From NCBI GenBank assembly GCA_029856125.1, contig JAHQWJ010000014.1:159085-223084 (forward strand): 64,000 bases of DNA. The letters are read 5' to 3'. Positions 1-10,567 of this stretch are shown piece by piece. The stretch comes from Promethearchaeia archaeon. GTDB taxonomy: Archaea > Asgardarchaeota > Lokiarchaeia > Sigyniarchaeales > SOKP01. Each line of letters opens with the position of its first letter. Position 1 is the stretch's first letter. The position numbers were made by a program, and so were the translations under genes. Under the pieces are notes generated by a model that saw only the letters and a program-made list of their open reading frames with translations, searched no databases and was not told where the DNA came from.

Positions 1-2085
1 AACGATCGATGTAAAAGAATCATCGCTTATTACCATATCGCTCGCTTCCTTCGCAACATCAGTTCCTTGAATCCCCATAGCTATTCCTGCATCTGCCATA
101 TTCAAGGCTAGAGCGTCGTTAACCCCATCTCCGGTCATAGCCACAACTTGATTAGCTTCTTGGTATTTTTCAATTATATCTTGTTTATGCTCTGGAGATA
201 CCCTAGCAAACACTTTTATTCTGCCAAAATCAAAAAATGATTTAACTTTTTTTATTGCTTTTCCTTCTACTACAATTTCATCCTTGTTTTTAATAATAGA
301 GATTTGTTGGGCAATAGCTTTCGCCGTTGTGGGAGAATCTCCTGTGATCATTACTACATCCACCCCAGCGTTGTGACATTGCTCAATGCTTTGTTTCACA
401 CCTTCCCGAGGAGGATCATGGATCGTTACAAACCCAATGTATATCATATCTGACTCGCACAACTTTCTGCTTTTCTCGTCTTCTTGTGGAATAGTATCTA
501 GTTTCTTATAACACAAACTCAAGATTCTATATCCTTGTCCAGCGTAGATATCCGAAATCTTCAAAATTTTGTCTCTAATTTCGTTAGAAAATTTTAACTC
601 TTGATCTTTATATAAGACTTTTTTGCAGAGCGGGATTAATATCTCACTAGCACCTTTAGTAAAAGAATAAAATTTACCCTCTTTTTTATAAACTTTAGTC
701 ATTCTTTTAACTTTAGAATCGAATGGATGCTCTTTAACGTATTCAAAATCTTCTAGGAGATAATCGCCCATCCCCTTTTGAAAAAGAACCATTAAAGCTC
801 CTTCTGTAGGAGAACCAATTACATTCCAGTTATTGATAGTTTTTCCTGATACTTCAATCTCATTTTTTACCAATGCTGAGTTATTGTTCAAGAAACCTGA
901 AGTTAAAAGCAATTTGAGTTGAGGATGGTCATCGATGTGTTTCACATATACTGAATTTTTTGGATCGTCGACTAAAATAATTTCTCCGTCAGGACTATAA
1001 CCACTACCAGAAACATTATATGTAGAACCGTTTGTCCATACATGCTGAATCGACATTTGGTTTTTCGTCAAGGTGCCTGTTTTATCTGAGCAAACTACGC
1101 TTACTCGCCCTAAACTATCTACTGAAGCGAGATTTCTGATGATGACGCCGTGGCGAGCCATAGTTACAACACCCGTTAACAAAATAATTGTTACAAGAAG
1201 AGGTATATTGATAGGTAGTAAATCCATGGCAGAGTTAAGACTCTTGACTATATTTAACTCACCGGTAGCGCCCCAAAGAATCATGAGAATAAGAAACCAA
1301 AAACCGATAACGATCAACCCTAACCACTTACCAAAATTATTCATTTTTGCTCGAATTGGAATCTCGCTTGTTCCTGCGTCTTCTAAACCTTGCGATATTT
1401 TTCCTATTTCGGTATCTTTACCTGTTTTTACTGCTATTGCCGTTGCATTACCAGTAGCAATAAAGGTTCCGTAATATACTAAATTAAATCGGTTTGCGAT
1501 AGCTATATCCTCGTTTTTTATTGCTGCTCCGTCATGAGCTTTTCTAACCGGCTCAGATTCTCCCGTTAAACTGGATTCGTTAACTTCTAGGTTAGAAGAT
1601 TGAATGATTCTCCCATCAGCAGGTATTCGGTCTCCTTGCTTTAGGACTAGTAAATCGCCAGCTACTACATTTTTTGTCGTAATATCCTCCTTTTGACCAT
1701 CTCTTATTACCGTGGTTGTTGGTGCCGTCATTTCTCGTAGTGCGTTTAATTTTTTTGTTGCTCTATATTGCTGTATGATGGCAACTACACAATTGAGAGC
1801 CACTATGCCTAAAGTTAGCATGACGAATATTAAATTTCCCTCGCCCATTGTGATTGCTGCTAAAAACAATATTAACGAAGCGAATAGATAAATTACGATT
1901 AACCAATTGAATAAAGGAGCGAGATATATTTTGATAAATCCTTTAGAAGCTTTCGGAATCTCGTTAAATCCGTAAAGTTCAAGCCGTTTTTGGGCTTCCT
2001 CACTTGTTAATCCTTTAGTTGAATTAGTGTTAAACTTTTTGTAGATTTGATCTAACTCAAAATTATAGTATTTGATTTCTTCCAT
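1..2085 (-). CDS. P-type ATPase, P2-like scaffold (partial, runs off the left edge; not in ORF track)
   Basis: Manual translation from ATG at 2085 (MEEIKYYNFELDQIY...) gives LTGES, CSDKTGT, KGA, ITGD and MTGDGVNDALAL motifs. TM4 reads PINIP. Confidence 0.93.
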   Translation of the reverse strand, partial: MEEIKYYNFELDQIYKKFNTNSTKGLTSEEAQKRLELYGFNEIPKASKGFIKIYLAPLFNWLIVIYLFASLILFLAAITMGEGNLIFVMLTLGIVALNCVVAIIQQYRATKKLNALREMTAPTTTVIRDGQKEDITTKNVVAGDLLVLKQGDRIPADGRIIQSSNLEVNESSLTGESEPVRKAHDGAAIKNEDIAIANRFNLVYYGTFIATGNATAIAVKTGKDTEIGKISQGLEDAGTSEIPIRAKMNNFGKWLGLIVIGFWFLILMILWGATGELNIVKSLNSAMDLLPINIPLLVTIILLTGVVTMARHGVIIRNLASVDSLGRVSVVCSDKTGTLTKNQMSIQHVWTNGSTYNVSGSGYSPDGEIILVDDPKNSVYVKHIDDHPQLKLLLTSGFLNNNSALVKNEIEVSGKTINNWNVIGSPTEGALMVLFQKGMGDYLLEDFEYVKEHPFDSKVKRMTKVYKKEGKFYSFTKGASEILIPLCKKVLYKDQELKFSNEIRDKILKISDIYAGQGYRILSLCYKKLDTIPQEDEKSRKLCESDMIYIGFVTIHDPPREGVKQSIEQCHNAGVDVVMITGDSPTTAKAIAQQISIIKNKDEIVVEGKAIKKVKSFFDFGRIKVFARVSPEHKQDIIEKYQEANQVVAMTGDGVNDALALNMADAGIAMGIQGTDVAKEASDMVISDDSFTSIV

Positions 2086-2261
2086 TTAAATTCTCCCGGG
2101 ACTTAATCTTAATTTTGATTTTATGATAAAAAATAATTATAATAAATACACAATAGAAATTCTTGTTTTTATTTTATAGTATTTTGTTAATAAAAATAGT
2201 TATTAAAGATAATTTAAAAAAATAATAGAAATGATTCAAAAATACAATTATCTATATGGAT

Positions 2262-5129
2262 TTAGAAGAGAATATTTTTTCTCCTCGTAATGTATTTAAA
2301 TATCTCTATTCCTATTAAGCCAGGTAGCGCCATTAAAATACATATTATCCAGTCGGTACCACTCAAAAAGAGAAAGTTTAATTGTAAACCTAAGCCAAAT
2401 TCATCGTTTATATAATAATTAACGGCATTTGAAAATAAAACGAACAAGACGTGCAAAGCGAGCGTAAATAAGCTAATTACGAGTAACGTTGACGAAAATT
2501 CGTTTTTAAGGCTTTTGAAAAGCGATTTGTTAGGGCGTCTGAATGTCCAGATGAAGGTAGTTTCAACAATGTAAAGCGTGGTAATAAACATAGTCCTTGC
2601 TTTTTGTGCCAACAGTTCGGGTTGTGTTGATCCAACGGGAATATAACTAATTGTAGGGTTAAGATTCCAATCATTTAATGGGACTAAACCTCCTAACGTA
2701 AATTGAAGAACTAAAACCAAACCAATTCCCATTAACAACGCTTGTATTACCAACATTACCCACATATTCTTGTTTAATAGTTGTTCCTCGTCTCTGGGAG
2801 GTTCTTTCATAACATCTATTGGATGTTTATCAATCACTAAAGCTAAAGCAGGTAAGGAATGAACTATCGCGTATATATAAATATGCTGCCAATTTGAGCT
2901 AAACAAAATAAATGATGGGACAAACTCATACGCAAAAAAAATAACGGATTCCATTAGATTTAAGCAGATAAAAAAGAATATGATCGTTCGAATTCTAGCA
3001 AACAAACCACGACCAATTTTTACACCCCTAACTATAGATGTGAAGTTATCGTCGCTTATGACCATATCAGCGGTTTCTTTAGCTACATCAGTTCCCATTA
3101 TACCCATGGCTATCCCGGCATTCGCTAATTTTAAAGCTAACGCGTCGTTAATACCGTCTCCCGTCATAGCACAGATGTGATTCTCTGACTGATACTTTTC
3201 TATTATTATCTCTTTATCTGAAGGATTGACTCGCGCAAATACCGACACTCTATTGAAATCTTTATCGTTTAAATTGTTAATTTCTGAACTTTCTACTATT
3301 AAATCCCCTTCATTATAAATTCTCATTTGAGCTGCAATAGTTTTGGCTGTTGCTGGATGGTCGCCTGTGATCATTGAAATTTTAATACCGGCTAATTCAC
3401 ATTCCTCTACTGAAGCTCTCACTCCTGGTTTGGGAGGGTCCAATATCGAAACAAAACCTAAGAAGACAAGATCATTTTCAACTTTTCCTCTTTTAAAATC
3501 TTGTTCGCCCTTTATTTTTCTATAACCAATAGCTAAAGTTCGATATCCTTGGTTCGCTCGGATTTGAATTTTATCGATTAAGAGTTTTTTTAATCTTTCA
3601 GTTAATGTTTCTTCTACACCGTTTATTTCAATTATACTTGATATGTCTAAGATCCTCTCCGGTGCTCCTTTGGAGAATGCTATAATAATAGAATTATTAG
3701 TTTTAAGTTTACATACAGTAGTCATTCGTTTAACTTCTGAAGTAAATGAAAACTCCTTTAATATAGAGTATTTATTTTTTATATCATAAGGAATGTATCC
3801 TGCCTTTTCAGCTAACACTAATAAAGAAGCCTCTGTTGGCGAGCCTAAAGCTTTTCTTACGGCAATTTCCTTTGATTCTTTCAACTGGACTTTAACATCT
3901 TCATACACTAATTTAGCGTTATTATTTAAGACGCTTGAATCAATGAATTTGATAAATGTAGAATTTTCCTCAAAGCTCATTTTCTTTCCATTTTCGAGAA
4001 TAATTCCTTCCGGATCATATCCTGAACCCGTAACTTGGTATTCGTTGTTATTTATCCAAAATCTTTCAACGGTCATTTCGTTTTTAGTAATGGTTCCAGT
4101 CTTATCTGAACAAATTACAGATACACGGCCAAGTGATTCGATTGCTGACAAATTTTTTATTATTACTCCACTTTGAGCCATATTAAGTACTCCTGTAACG
4201 AGAACGAGCGTTGTTAGTAAAGGTAGGTTAATAGGCATGATTCCCATTGATATTAAAATAGAATCTATAATCGCTTCAGTTATATTATCACCAAAAAATC
4301 GACCTTCTAATCCTAAAATAGAAAATTTATACACAATTAAGACGATTAAGTAAAGGATAACTATCGTTCCAAGGATATACCCTAACCTATTTAGTTTTCT
4401 TGTCAGTGGAATGTCCTCGATACTTCCCATATCTTTAAGTTGATTTGAAATTTTACCAATCTCAGTATTAAGGCCTGTTCCAGCGACAAGTGCTTTCCCT
4501 CTACCAGTATTTATGTAAGTCCCCATGAACACCATATTGCTTTGTTTCTGAATGGGTAATTCTCTATCTTTTAGTGACTTATTATTTTTTTCTACCGGCT
4601 CACTCTCCCCGGTGAGTGGCGCTTCGTCAATAGTTAAATTGGTTGACTCAATAATTCTCGCATCTGCACCTATTTTATCGCCTTGCTCTAATAAAATAAT
4701 ATCCCCTGGAACTAGTTCTTTTATAGGAATTTCAAACTGAATTCCATCTCGCAGGACAACCGTTTTTAAAGCGGCAATTTGTCTTAAAGCGTCTAATGCT
4801 TTTCGAGCCCTATATTGTTGAGTTATTACGGTTATTGAATTAATAACTACTACTGTAAAAGTAATGATTGTTGATGTTATATCTCCGAGTATTATAACGA
4901 TTGTTGCCGAAATAATCAGTATTATTATTAAAAAATTGAAAATTGGTGCTAAATAGATTTTCCACAGAGATTTTTTAATTTTTGGTAATTCATTAAAGCC
5001 ATATTTGATGTATTTTTTCTCTATTTCAGAAGTTTTCAAACCCTTGTTAGAATCAGTCTGAAACTGAGTAATTAAATCATCTATTGATTGAGAATACGCT
5101 ATATCAGAACGAGGTTGGGTTTGATTCAT
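2262..5129 (-). CDS. P-type ATPase, P2-like scaffold
   Basis: TGES, DKTGT phosphorylation site, KGAPE, MITGD and TGDGINDA motifs; multiple TM segments; TM4 reads PINLP. Confidence 0.95.
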   Translation of the reverse strand: MNQTQPRSDIAYSQSIDDLITQFQTDSNKGLKTSEIEKKYIKYGFNELPKIKKSLWKIYLAPIFNFLIIILIISATIVIILGDITSTIITFTVVVINSITVITQQYRARKALDALRQIAALKTVVLRDGIQFEIPIKELVPGDIILLEQGDKIGADARIIESTNLTIDEAPLTGESEPVEKNNKSLKDRELPIQKQSNMVFMGTYINTGRGKALVAGTGLNTEIGKISNQLKDMGSIEDIPLTRKLNRLGYILGTIVILYLIVLIVYKFSILGLEGRFFGDNITEAIIDSILISMGIMPINLPLLTTLVLVTGVLNMAQSGVIIKNLSAIESLGRVSVICSDKTGTITKNEMTVERFWINNNEYQVTGSGYDPEGIILENGKKMSFEENSTFIKFIDSSVLNNNAKLVYEDVKVQLKESKEIAVRKALGSPTEASLLVLAEKAGYIPYDIKNKYSILKEFSFTSEVKRMTTVCKLKTNNSIIIAFSKGAPERILDISSIIEINGVEETLTERLKKLLIDKIQIRANQGYRTLAIGYRKIKGEQDFKRGKVENDLVFLGFVSILDPPKPGVRASVEECELAGIKISMITGDHPATAKTIAAQMRIYNEGDLIVESSEINNLNDKDFNRVSVFARVNPSDKEIIIEKYQSENHICAMTGDGINDALALKLANAGIAMGIMGTDVAKETADMVISDDNFTSIVRGVKIGRGLFARIRTIIFFFICLNLMESVIFFAYEFVPSFILFSSNWQHIYIYAIVHSLPALALVIDKHPIDVMKEPPRDEEQLLNKNMWVMLVIQALLMGIGLVLVLQFTLGGLVPLNDWNLNPTISYIPVGSTQPELLAQKARTMFITTLYIVETTFIWTFRRPNKSLFKSLKNEFSSTLLVISLFTLALHVLFVLFSNAVNYYINDEFGLGLQLNFLFLSGTDWIICILMALPGLIGIEIFKYITRRKNILF

Positions 5130-5234
5130 TTCACTATCTATTTCTAATTTAGATTACATTAATTGCTAATAAATAGTGATTTAAACATTTTTAATTATAT
5201 ATTTTTTTCTCAAAAACAAAGGTATGTGTTATGA

Positions 5235-6188
5235 TTAGAGATTAAATTCGGAAGGATCTCCTAATATAGCAATTAAGACATGAAATTTTTTTCTGATGGT
5301 TGTACTCGAAAATCTGCTTGTTTGTTCAACAATACTTTGAGTAAAAATCTTGCGATTATCTAAAGTCTGTCCAATATAGTAAATTAATCCCGCTGTAAAA
5401 GCCTTGTAGTTCAGGTTTAGGATTTGCTCGTAAGAAATTTTCTGTAAAATTTTAGCTGCTAATAATTGCATTTCCAATTTTAATCTTATGTAATCTGGCT
5501 CGCTGGAGAAGTGTTGTTCAACTCGTTCAAAATTGATATTGTTTAAATCCTTCTGAAATAAAATTTTAATCTTATTTTTTATCTCTTCTTCTAGATTTAT
5601 CGCGTTTTTATACCCCTTCAACCTTTTATCTGTTCTTTTAACTTTTAACATCGCATTGTTGAGCATCTTTTTGTTTATCTTATGGCCTAACTCTTTAGAT
5701 GCTTTGATGAAATCTTCAATCCTAACATTTGTGGTTTCTTTTATTTCCATCCAAATGATTGCAAGAAAGATAATTACCATATTTTCATATGTCTGTCTAT
5801 GATATTTGTTATACCGGAGATAATTGTCTTTTATTTCGTTGTATTTAGCCTTATCAATATTTAGTCCAATACCATAACTTTTGAGCATGCTAATAGTTTT
5901 TTTTTGCTCAGTAAAACTACTCTGAGAATCCTTAAACCATTTGGACAAAGTTTTAATTTGCTCAAAACGAGCTTTCGTTTTTGGATCCTGAGTAGCTCTT
6001 GAGTCACTTATTCTTATTTTTCTTTCGTAATCTATTTGGGACTCAGAATAAAAGTCAGGAGACGGAACATTCTCAAAAGCGATTTTATCTTTATCAATTA
6101 AACCACAATTTTGACAAACATAGTATCCCCCTTCCAACTTTAAGTTCTTGTGTTCACATTCAGCTATTTCTTTATTAGTTTTATTCAA
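5235..6188 (-). CDS. Divergent TFIIB/TFB-like protein (Zn ribbon plus cyclin-like fold)
   Basis: N-terminal CEH...CQNCG ribbon. The C-terminal 'AFTAGLIYYIG...FTQSIVEQTSRFSSTTIRKKF' resembles the second TFB cyclin repeat. Confidence 0.65.
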   Translation of the reverse strand: MNKTNKEIAECEHKNLKLEGGYYVCQNCGLIDKDKIAFENVPSPDFYSESQIDYERKIRISDSRATQDPKTKARFEQIKTLSKWFKDSQSSFTEQKKTISMLKSYGIGLNIDKAKYNEIKDNYLRYNKYHRQTYENMVIIFLAIIWMEIKETTNVRIEDFIKASKELGHKINKKMLNNAMLKVKRTDKRLKGYKNAINLEEEIKNKIKILFQKDLNNINFERVEQHFSSEPDYIRLKLEMQLLAAKILQKISYEQILNLNYKAFTAGLIYYIGQTLDNRKIFTQSIVEQTSRFSSTTIRKKFHVLIAILGDPSEFNL

Positions 6189-6360
6189 GGATTCAACATT
6201 TGATTAATCTAATTATAATCTATCACATCTATTCAAAAAAAGTATTAATCTTTAATTTATAAATGTAGCATAAAAAAACCATCAAATTAAATATTATATA
6301 AAAGATTTAAAAGAAAATAATGAGTATTAAATATAATCAGAAAAAAACAAGCGATTACTT

Positions 6361-6930
6361 ATGGAGCGTAAAGTCGTAATAAAATGGGTAAAAATTTTTA
6401 GTATTAGTTTTCTTATTCTTTCATTACTTGGATTAGTTGATCTCATCTTGCTCAGCACTCTTATTAATCTAACTTTAGATAGTGAGCAATTTACTATTAT
6501 TACGATAATTTTTCAATCAGGCTTTATGACTTTTCACGCAGTGTTGCTATGGATTGTTTTACTCAGTATTTTTTGTGGCTTTATTGCGTTATCATACTCC
6601 ATTTTTAAAGTCGTTAACAATAACACCATTGGAGATAAAATTTTTGCTAAATTTTTATTGCTTATAGGTTTATTCCTAATTATTGGCGGTTTTATCACCA
6701 TGAGTTTCATAGTTTTATTAGGTGAAAGCACCATCAATACAGGTATCACTACTATTATTTTCCAAGAAGCTCTCCTTTCGCCTTCGATTACTCCTGTTAT
6801 TGGAGCGATTATGTGGTTTTATTTCCCTTTTGTTGTTTCTTGCTTTTTAATCTCTGGATTAATTTTCAGCGGAATTGGTCTTAAATGGTTGCTACTTATT
6901 GAAGAAAAAGAAGAATCCACTGATAATTAA
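6361..6930 (+). CDS. Hypothetical membrane protein (about 4 TM)
   Basis: 189-aa ORF with four hydrophobic segments. Confidence 0.7.
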   Translation: MERKVVIKWVKIFSISFLILSLLGLVDLILLSTLINLTLDSEQFTIITIIFQSGFMTFHAVLLWIVLLSIFCGFIALSYSIFKVVNNNTIGDKIFAKFLLLIGLFLIIGGFITMSFIVLLGESTINTGITTIIFQEALLSPSITPVIGAIMWFYFPFVVSCFLISGLIFSGIGLKWLLLIEEKEESTDN

Positions 6931-7013
6931 GGCTGAATATTAACTTATGATTCAGTTTCTTATAACAAAAAAAAGGAAATTAATTTAATCTGCCCGATCT
7001 ATGACATCCCTTA

Positions 7014-7946
7014 CTAGAGCTTACCTTTGATTTGTTTAGCTCTACTACGTAAAGTGACTTCTGTTATTTTAGCGATATTTGCTACGAGAGATTGTGTTCT
7101 TCTTATCGCTCCATCTTTTGCTGCGATATAGATACACGCTGCAGCTAATCCTTTCGGATCCTTCCCTGTTCGCTGTAAACCATTCTTAGATGCAGTTCTT
7201 AACATGTCGATTGCAACTTTTTGGATTTTCATAGGAAGTTCCAATTCGTTACCAAACCGAAAGACTAAACTCTCAGCGGTGATAGGCTGATATCTAAGAC
7301 CTAAACTGGGAAGTACTTCTCTTATAATCATCGCTAGACTCCTGTGTACAGTTCTTCTAGGAGTTAACGAAGCTTCACAAACCTCGTCTAATAACCGTGG
7401 AAAATCGTGTACTCTAATCGCGGCGTATAAAGATCCCGCTATAAATCCATTAATCGACCTTCCCATTGTTAATTTTTTCTTAGCTACTATGCTATAAATC
7501 TTCCACGCAGTTTCTGAAATGTATTCAGGAATATTTAGTTTTGAGGTAAGCATTTTCAATTTGGGTTTAGCTTCCCAAAAGTTACGTTCTATACTTGAAA
7601 TAAGAGAATTTTGAATTTTTGATAATCTTGAAAACAAAGCTTGCTCCTTTGGACCTATTGACTTACCCTTTGAATCGGTTTTCGTGGTTGGGAGCATTGT
7701 CCTCGGTCCAAAATCCCGCCACCTCGGCTCAGTCCTTCGGCGGTTCTGTATCTCTTCCACAGTGTAAGCTCTTCGCTCATTGCCAACATAGGTTCTTTCT
7801 GCGATCATGCCGCAATTTAAGCAAACTTTATTCCCATCGCGTTCTTCTATTGATGGGGTTGAACAACACTCGATATTTTTATTGGGCAAATTATCTTGAT
7901 CATCATTATCTTTAGAAATTAATCGATCACGGTAATTGCTATTCAT
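7014..7946 (-). CDS. tfb: Transcription initiation factor IIB (TFB) paralogue
   Basis: Zn ribbon (CCSTP...VCLNCG), 'ERRAYT' reader-like segment, two cyclin repeats (GRSINGFIAGSLYAAIR; GKDPKGLAAACIY...ITEVTLRSR). Confidence 0.9.
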   Translation of the reverse strand: MNSNYRDRLISKDNDDQDNLPNKNIECCSTPSIEERDGNKVCLNCGMIAERTYVGNERRAYTVEEIQNRRRTEPRWRDFGPRTMLPTTKTDSKGKSIGPKEQALFSRLSKIQNSLISSIERNFWEAKPKLKMLTSKLNIPEYISETAWKIYSIVAKKKLTMGRSINGFIAGSLYAAIRVHDFPRLLDEVCEASLTPRRTVHRSLAMIIREVLPSLGLRYQPITAESLVFRFGNELELPMKIQKVAIDMLRTASKNGLQRTGKDPKGLAAACIYIAAKDGAIRRTQSLVANIAKITEVTLRSRAKQIKGKL

Positions 7947-8220
7947 TATAAAATCACAAAGATTATGTTATTATATCATCTATAGTGCCATCTTAACATA
8001 AGACTTATAAAAAATTAGATGAATGTTACGACTTTAATAATATCATAATATCCAAGTCGCGTTAATAAATGTTTGTACGATTTTGAAGAAATTGGACATT
8101 TTTATTGACGGGGAATACCATGGGAATTAATGATCCTAGTAATTTTTTTTACGATAATCTATAAGAAATAAGCTTAAGAAAAATCCATATTTCTATCTAT
8201 TAATTAATCAATGAAATAAC

Positions 8221-8745
8221 GTGTTTACTATGGATTTTTATGAAGCTGTAAAGAAGAGAAGAAGTTATAGAGTGTATAAACCTGACATGCCAGAAGATGA
8301 TAAGGTTACTCGAATTCTAGAAGCTGCTAGATTGGCTCCTACATGGGCAAATATGCAAGGGATGCATTATATTGTTGTTAAAGACCCTGAAACCGTGAAA
8401 GGAGTATGGAAAGCAGTTGGTCAAAGAAAAAAATTTGTTGAGGCACCCATGTACGTTGTAGGTGTCATTTCTGAATCAGGTTCTGGGACTAATACTAATG
8501 GTATAAAATATTTTCCTTTAGATTGCGGAATCTGTTTTGAACATTTAATTTTAGCTGCAACAGCTGAAGGTTTAGCTACTTGTTGGATTGGATGGTTTAA
8601 TGAAACTAGAGTTAAAAAAGTTCTTGAAATACCTGAAGAATTTAGAGTCATGGCTTTAACACCATTAGGATATCCTGTTAAAGAAAAAGGAGAAGTCATA
8701 GAACGTAAGCCTATTGAAGAAATCGTACATTACGACAAATTCTAA
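8221..8745 (+). CDS. Nitroreductase family protein
   Basis: RRSYR, LAPTWANMQ, EGLATCWIG and LGYP motifs. Confidence 0.9.
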   Translation: MFTMDFYEAVKKRRSYRVYKPDMPEDDKVTRILEAARLAPTWANMQGMHYIVVKDPETVKGVWKAVGQRKKFVEAPMYVVGVISESGSGTNTNGIKYFPLDCGICFEHLILAATAEGLATCWIGWFNETRVKKVLEIPEEFRVMALTPLGYPVKEKGEVIERKPIEEIVHYDKF

Positions 8746-8825
8746 TTTAACTTGAAAATCTTTCTTTTTGATTTTTGATTTTTTTTTAAAGAAAAAGTAA
8801 AATAATCTCATATTTTATTTCATAT

Positions 8826-10544
8826 ATGAATATTGTAAGAATTAATGTTAATTCAAACACGATTAAATACGAAGAAATAGTTAAGAATTCAAAATACTAT
8901 TTATTAGGTGCTCGAGGACTAACTTCACAAATCGTTCACGATGAGGTTCCTCCCAGGTGCGATCCACTTGGATCAGAAAATAAGCTTATTTTAGCAAATG
9001 GGATACTTACGGGAAGCCCATTCCCAAATTCTGCGCGCACTTCAATCGGTGCGAAAAGTCCATTGACAAATGGTATAAAAGAAGCAAATGTGGGGGGAAG
9101 ACCTTCATTTATGCTAGCTAAGCATGGTATAAGAGCCTTAGTCTTTGAAGATGTATCTTCAGAATTAAAAATACTCCTAATCAACGAGAATCGAATTGAG
9201 TTGTTACCTGGTAATGAATATAAAGGGTTAGGAAACTACGAACTACATCGGAAGCTGAGAAGTAAATACGGAGAAAAAATAGGTCTTTATTCTATAGGTC
9301 CTGCTGGCGAACACAGGCTGCCATCGGCAACTGTTGCTGCCAACGACCTAGAAGGCTATCCAAGTAGACACGCAGCTCGTGGCGGTTTAGGTGCAGTGAT
9401 GGGTTCTAAAGGCATCAAAGCTATCGTAATCATCCCTTCTAAGGAGTCAAAGGTAAAAGTGCACGATTTAAAGAAGTTTAGAGAAGCTTCGACTCCTTTT
9501 GCTAAACATTTGGCAGAAACTAAGAAAGTTTTTTCTACTTTTGGAACAGCCTTAAATATGAGGATAATGAGTGAACATCAAGGGTTACCTACCAAGAATT
9601 TTCAATTTGGATCTTTCGATAAAATTTCAAACATTGATGGAGAAAAACTCCATGAACTCGTAATGGCCAGAGGAGGAAAGAAAAATTTAGCTTGTTCTCC
9701 TAATTGCGTTATAAAGTGTTCTAATTTAATTGTAGACGAGAACGGGAACCATATAACTTCAAGTCTTGAATACGAAACAATGTGTTTAAATGGGACTAAT
9801 TTGCTTATTGATGATTTAGACAGCTTAGCTAAAATTGATCATTTCTGCGACGATGTAGGAATTGATACAATTGAGTTCGGAGGTACAGTTGGAGTAGCTA
9901 TGGATTGTGGTAAGATTCCTTGGGGAGATGCCGAGGCAGTTTTTAATATCTTGGATAAAGAAATCCGGGAGAACACCAAAATTGGTAAGTTGTACGGAAA
10001 TGGCGTTAGAAATATTGGAAAGAAGTTGAATGCGCAAAGAATACCCGAAATAAAAGGACAAGGTATATCTGCTTACGATCCTAGAGTATTTAAAGGAATG
10101 GGTGTTACTTACGCTACAAGCCCAATGGGTGCTGATCACACTAGTGGAGCAGCCATAGCTGGCAGAATCCCGAGTCAAACCAAAGACTATGGTGAACTTA
10201 CTAAAAACGAAGGTAAATTTGATTTATCGTTTGAATTACAAGTATACACCACAGTATTGGATTCGATGGGCTGTTGTTATTTTATAGGGCCAAGTTATGA
10301 GAATATGGAGATTATAACTGCTGCTATTAACGCAATGTATAATACAGATTTAACAAGAGCAGAAGTAATTAATATTGGAAAACACATCCTTAAGAGTGAA
10401 CTAGCATTCAACGAGAAAGCAGGAATTACCAAAGATACGAATGATGTTCCAGAATTTTTTAAACTAGAACCTTCTGAACCTAGCGGTTTGAAATTTACAT
10501 TCAAGAAAGAAGAATTACACGATTTTTGGGAGAAATTAGAATAA
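8826..10544 (+). CDS. aor: Aldehyde:ferredoxin oxidoreductase family (tungstoenzyme)
   Basis: KSPLT, RGGLGAVMGSKGIKAI, CxxxC, EYET, D-x-GID and GADH motifs. Confidence 0.9.
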   Translation: MNIVRINVNSNTIKYEEIVKNSKYYLLGARGLTSQIVHDEVPPRCDPLGSENKLILANGILTGSPFPNSARTSIGAKSPLTNGIKEANVGGRPSFMLAKHGIRALVFEDVSSELKILLINENRIELLPGNEYKGLGNYELHRKLRSKYGEKIGLYSIGPAGEHRLPSATVAANDLEGYPSRHAARGGLGAVMGSKGIKAIVIIPSKESKVKVHDLKKFREASTPFAKHLAETKKVFSTFGTALNMRIMSEHQGLPTKNFQFGSFDKISNIDGEKLHELVMARGGKKNLACSPNCVIKCSNLIVDENGNHITSSLEYETMCLNGTNLLIDDLDSLAKIDHFCDDVGIDTIEFGGTVGVAMDCGKIPWGDAEAVFNILDKEIRENTKIGKLYGNGVRNIGKKLNAQRIPEIKGQGISAYDPRVFKGMGVTYATSPMGADHTSGAAIAGRIPSQTKDYGELTKNEGKFDLSFELQVYTTVLDSMGCCYFIGPSYENMEIITAAINAMYNTDLTRAEVINIGKHILKSELAFNEKAGITKDTNDVPEFFKLEPSEPSGLKFTFKKEELHDFWEKLE

Positions 10545-10567
10545 AAAACAATTTTTTATACTTTTAA

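Noticed and set aside
1-5129. Calling the ATPases Ca2+ pumps, or calling them P4 flippases outright
   Set aside because: Key Ca2+ ligands are missing, while the A-domain is TGES rather than the P4 DGET and no CDC50-like gene is visible; the substrate cannot be assigned.
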